The notes under the pieces: model-generated
What the model was told of the DNA's origin: nothing
The model's database searches: none
What the model saw: the letters and a program-made list of their open reading frames with translations, nothing else
Made by a program: the position numbers and the translations under genes
In this document: positions 60,781-64,000 of the stretch, in pieces
How positions within the stretch are numbered: position 1 is the first letter of the stretch
Layout: each line of letters opens with the position of its first letter
NCBI RefSeq assembly: GCF_006345805.1
Contig: NC_043000.1
Span: 20,274,001-20,338,000, forward strand
Direction of reading: 5' to 3'
Length of the DNA: 64,000 nucleotides
Origin: Octopus sinensis
Lineage: Eukaryota

Positions 60781-61084
60781 GCGTCAATAGTGATTTCAAG
60801 AAAGTCTCTGATTCATTATGTTTGATATTTACTAAATCAAACAATTATTCTTCGTCTATTCTACTTTAATATCTAAACAGTTGTATACATACTGCTGTAA
60901 TTAATTTAAACATTGCATTCATAGACATTTATTCAATATCTCCAAATGCAGGGTTTTCAATTGAATTTGACTATACATTGAATGCCCATAACTTCGATAA
61001 TTCTGCATTTTTCCAGTTAATCTTTTTCAATGACAGTAGATAAATTTTTGATTCCAGAACATCTCTCTATATATAAATGGCAAA

Positions 61085-61134
<50 letters not shown>

Positions 61135-61142
61135 TGTGTGTG

Positions 61143-61181
<39 letters not shown>

Positions 61182-61660
61182 CGTGTCGTTTATACAAATC
61201 CACAATTTTTCAGTTAGAGGGCTCGCACTTTATATGGTCATTCAAAACCGTCCAAGGGTGGTCGTGCACATCTTTACATTTCCCCAGTCACCCCGCAAAG
61301 CCATTAAAAAATCAATAGAAGTGACTTTTTTGTGAATTTTTCTATCTAAAACCTAATCAAAATGCCCGAAACTTGATACGCCAATTGAATGCCAGCTAGC
61401 TGTATGTGATTGGTCGGAGATTTGGATAGTACTCGCGTGTATGTGCGCACGCAGCTGTATATGCATGCACTGGCGCTATGACCCGGCGTTGCCGGTCATA
61501 GTGCTAGTATTTAATAAGTATGTCCCAATCCTGCTTTTTATCATGGATGCTCTAGAGTTGGAAATCCGGAAAATTTATTCATCTATGCACCCAACGGCAA
61601 AACCAAAATCATTGTGTATCACGAAACCCTGCAAGACTGAAATTTTGGAAGAAAGATGCT

Positions 61661-61771
61661 TTTCCCACCGACAACATCTCTCGCCAACCTCCGACAACTT
61701 CTCTCGCCAACTTTCGACAATCTTTTTCGCCAACCTCCGGAAACCTCTCATGCCAACCTCCGACAATGTCT
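61661..61771. repeat. 23-bp minisatellite (4 units plus a partial unit)
   Basis: tcgccaacctccgacaacttctc-like units. Confidence 0.8.
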
Positions 61772-62094
61772 CCCTCCTCTAGCTGACAGTTTTTTGTGAC
61801 AGTTTTTCACGACGGAAAATACACCTCTTGTGGCAGTTATAACGAAATTGCTTTTTTATATCACAGTAATAAAGCGTTTAAATAAGGAGTTTAAATAGAA
61901 CATCTTTATCCCCAGAAATTACTGGGTACACCAGCTAGTATAAAATAAAGCTGAAGCAAGCGAACACCAAATATATAGTGCGTGTGTTTTCATTGGCTAA
62001 ACTGGCAACATGACCATCCCAATTATAACAATATCTGTTTCAACACACGAATTCACATCAAGAATCTTGCAAAACGAATATATAAACGTATATA

Positions 62095-62248
62095 TATGTG
62101 GCTGCGTGATAAGTAGCTTGCTTACCAACATGGATCCGGGTTCAGTCTCACTGCATGGCATCTTGGGCAAGTGTCTTCTACTATAGCCTCGGGCCGACCA
62201 AAGCCTTGTGAGTGGATTTGGTAGACGGAAACTGAAAGAATCCTGTCG

Positions 62249-62293
<45 letters not shown>

Positions 62294-62295
62294 TT

Positions 62296-62351
<56 letters not shown>

Positions 62352-62528
62352 ATGTTTGTATGTCTGTATTTGTCCCCCAACATCGCTTGACAACCGATGC
62401 TGGTGTGTTTACGTTCCGTAACATAGCGGTTCGGCAAAAGAGACCGATAGAATAAGTACTAGGCTTGCAAAGAATAAGTCCTGGGGTCGAGTTGCTCGAC
62501 TAAAGGCGGTGCTCCAGCATGGCCACAG
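62095..62528 (+). mobile_element. SINE S1 with central microsatellite
   Basis: Head, core and tail present. Confidence 0.9.
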
Positions 62529-62765
62529 TATATATATATATATATATATATACATATATGAGATGCAGCACGGACTTTGTCAGTGAACAGGTCGCGGATT
62601 TTAGCGACGAAAATATTTTGACAAATTAAACTTAAATGTTGAAGTGAATCGAACGGCTTTTGTGTGTTTCTTAAATGGCTTATAAACACCTTCCACGCTG
62701 CAATTGTTTTCGTTTCAGCACACGATCTCAGATCAAATTACTTGCTATGCGAGTACATCTCCGTA

Positions 62766-62802
<37 letters not shown>

Positions 62803-63073
62803 TATATGTATGTATGTATGTATGTATGATGTATGTATGTATGTATGTATGTATGTATTTATGTATTGTTTTGTATGTATATTATATATATATTATATAT
62901 TATATTTCTATTCGTAATTAAACAGAACAGGATGAGTTGGCACTTTCCAAGGCCAAGGTCACCCCTCTCATTGGGTGGATGTAGTAATAAACACAATAAA
63001 GACCGCAAGAGTGTGACGCTTCTTTTGACTCCTGATCGAACTACTGCTATTGTTATTGCTGCTGCTGCTGCTG

Positions 63074-63144
<71 letters not shown>

Positions 63145-63272
63145 GTGATTTGCCTCGAGACAAACGCACACATGCGACATCCTGCTGACAACATATACAA
63201 TCCCGTTACCACCTTTACCACTGCCGCCGCTAACGCCATCGCCATCCTACTGGCAGTGTCTCTGTCTCTGTC

Positions 63273-63327
<55 letters not shown>

Positions 63328-63599
63328 CTGTCAATTCAATATCTGCCTCTTTCTACAATGCTACATGAATTCTGTCGGCCTGTCATTTAACACCTTCCAA
63401 GCGGGTGTTCACCCTACCCCCACAGAAAATAGTGATGCCTAGTACCTCTGAACCAGACAACTGGTTAACCCTGTGTACTTGTAGCACAGCCCTGGATACC
63501 AACCATGGAAATACCCCCTAGAACCCGTGTTGTTTGAAGAATGCGTTCATCAGTGACCTTAGGTTCTGACACTGAGCTCAAAAAGTCTTTAAATTAGGA

Positions 63600-64000
63600 C
63601 CAACTTCTTCAGTAATAAACTAGGAGCTTTGAGACGTGATAACCTAAAAATTAAAAGACTAACTGACGGCGAAATTGATAAAAATAGTCAGATCAGTCAA
63701 AAGTCACTAATTCAAACCAGCAAACTAGGTACACATGACCCTATGAAGGTGGATCATCGGTTGATACTATAAACACAATAAATGATCACGTCTGTAATGA
63801 ACTTTTAGATGGAATACTAGAACAATAACTAACTACATCAATACATCAATCTTTCCACGAAAGAGCCCTACTTCCCAAAATTATTAATAATAAGAACAGA
63901 CAAGTAATCAGAGAAGTTGATCAAGCACTTGGAAAGCTGATACAACTCCTTGAGAATAGTAGAGAAAATGCCCTCGAAGTGATTGATCAATTCATTTACT
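63600..64000 (+). mobile_element. N-terminal region of another R4/Dong-like element (family H), running off the window
   Basis: NKLGALRRDNLKIKRLTDGEID resembles family A NKLANVRRYILNTKKISKIEIE; RALLPKI..VIREVD..IDQFIY resembles RPYLPRI..IINSIN..LNNLIY. Confidence 0.6.

Noticed and set aside
61661-61771. Possible CRISPR-like array
   Set aside because: Contiguous tandem units with no unique spacers; eukaryotic context and no cas genes.

Overview
Repeat-saturated, AT-rich animal genomic DNA. The SINE, RTE and Penelope content looks like an octopod cephalopod (inference). Dominant feature: stacks of mostly 5'-truncated R4/Dong-clade non-LTR retrotransposons (RT, CCHC finger, restriction-like endonuclease) from at least 7 distinguishable families, labelled A-H here. 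They sit in (TAA)n microsatellites, and every copy that abuts such a tract has TAA on its sense strand (+ at about 1-18 kb and 55.8-59.4 kb; - at about 28-40 kb). A ~555-nt non-coding element follows the same rule. Other mobile DNA: Penelope-like elements and their hammerhead-ribozyme-bearing ends (including a perfect 154-bp palindrome carrying a hammerhead on each strand), RTE and HERO-like LINE fragments, two tRNA-derived SINE families, Tc1/mariner elements, MITEs, Helentron-like elements and a decayed Gypsy element. Host-gene sequence is sparse: one pyruvate kinase exon, present twice through a 3.05-kb tandem duplication, and one large intact exon encoding an HtrL/YibB-like protein. No rRNA, intact tRNA gene or CRISPR array was seen. 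TE boundaries were set by eye and are approximate.
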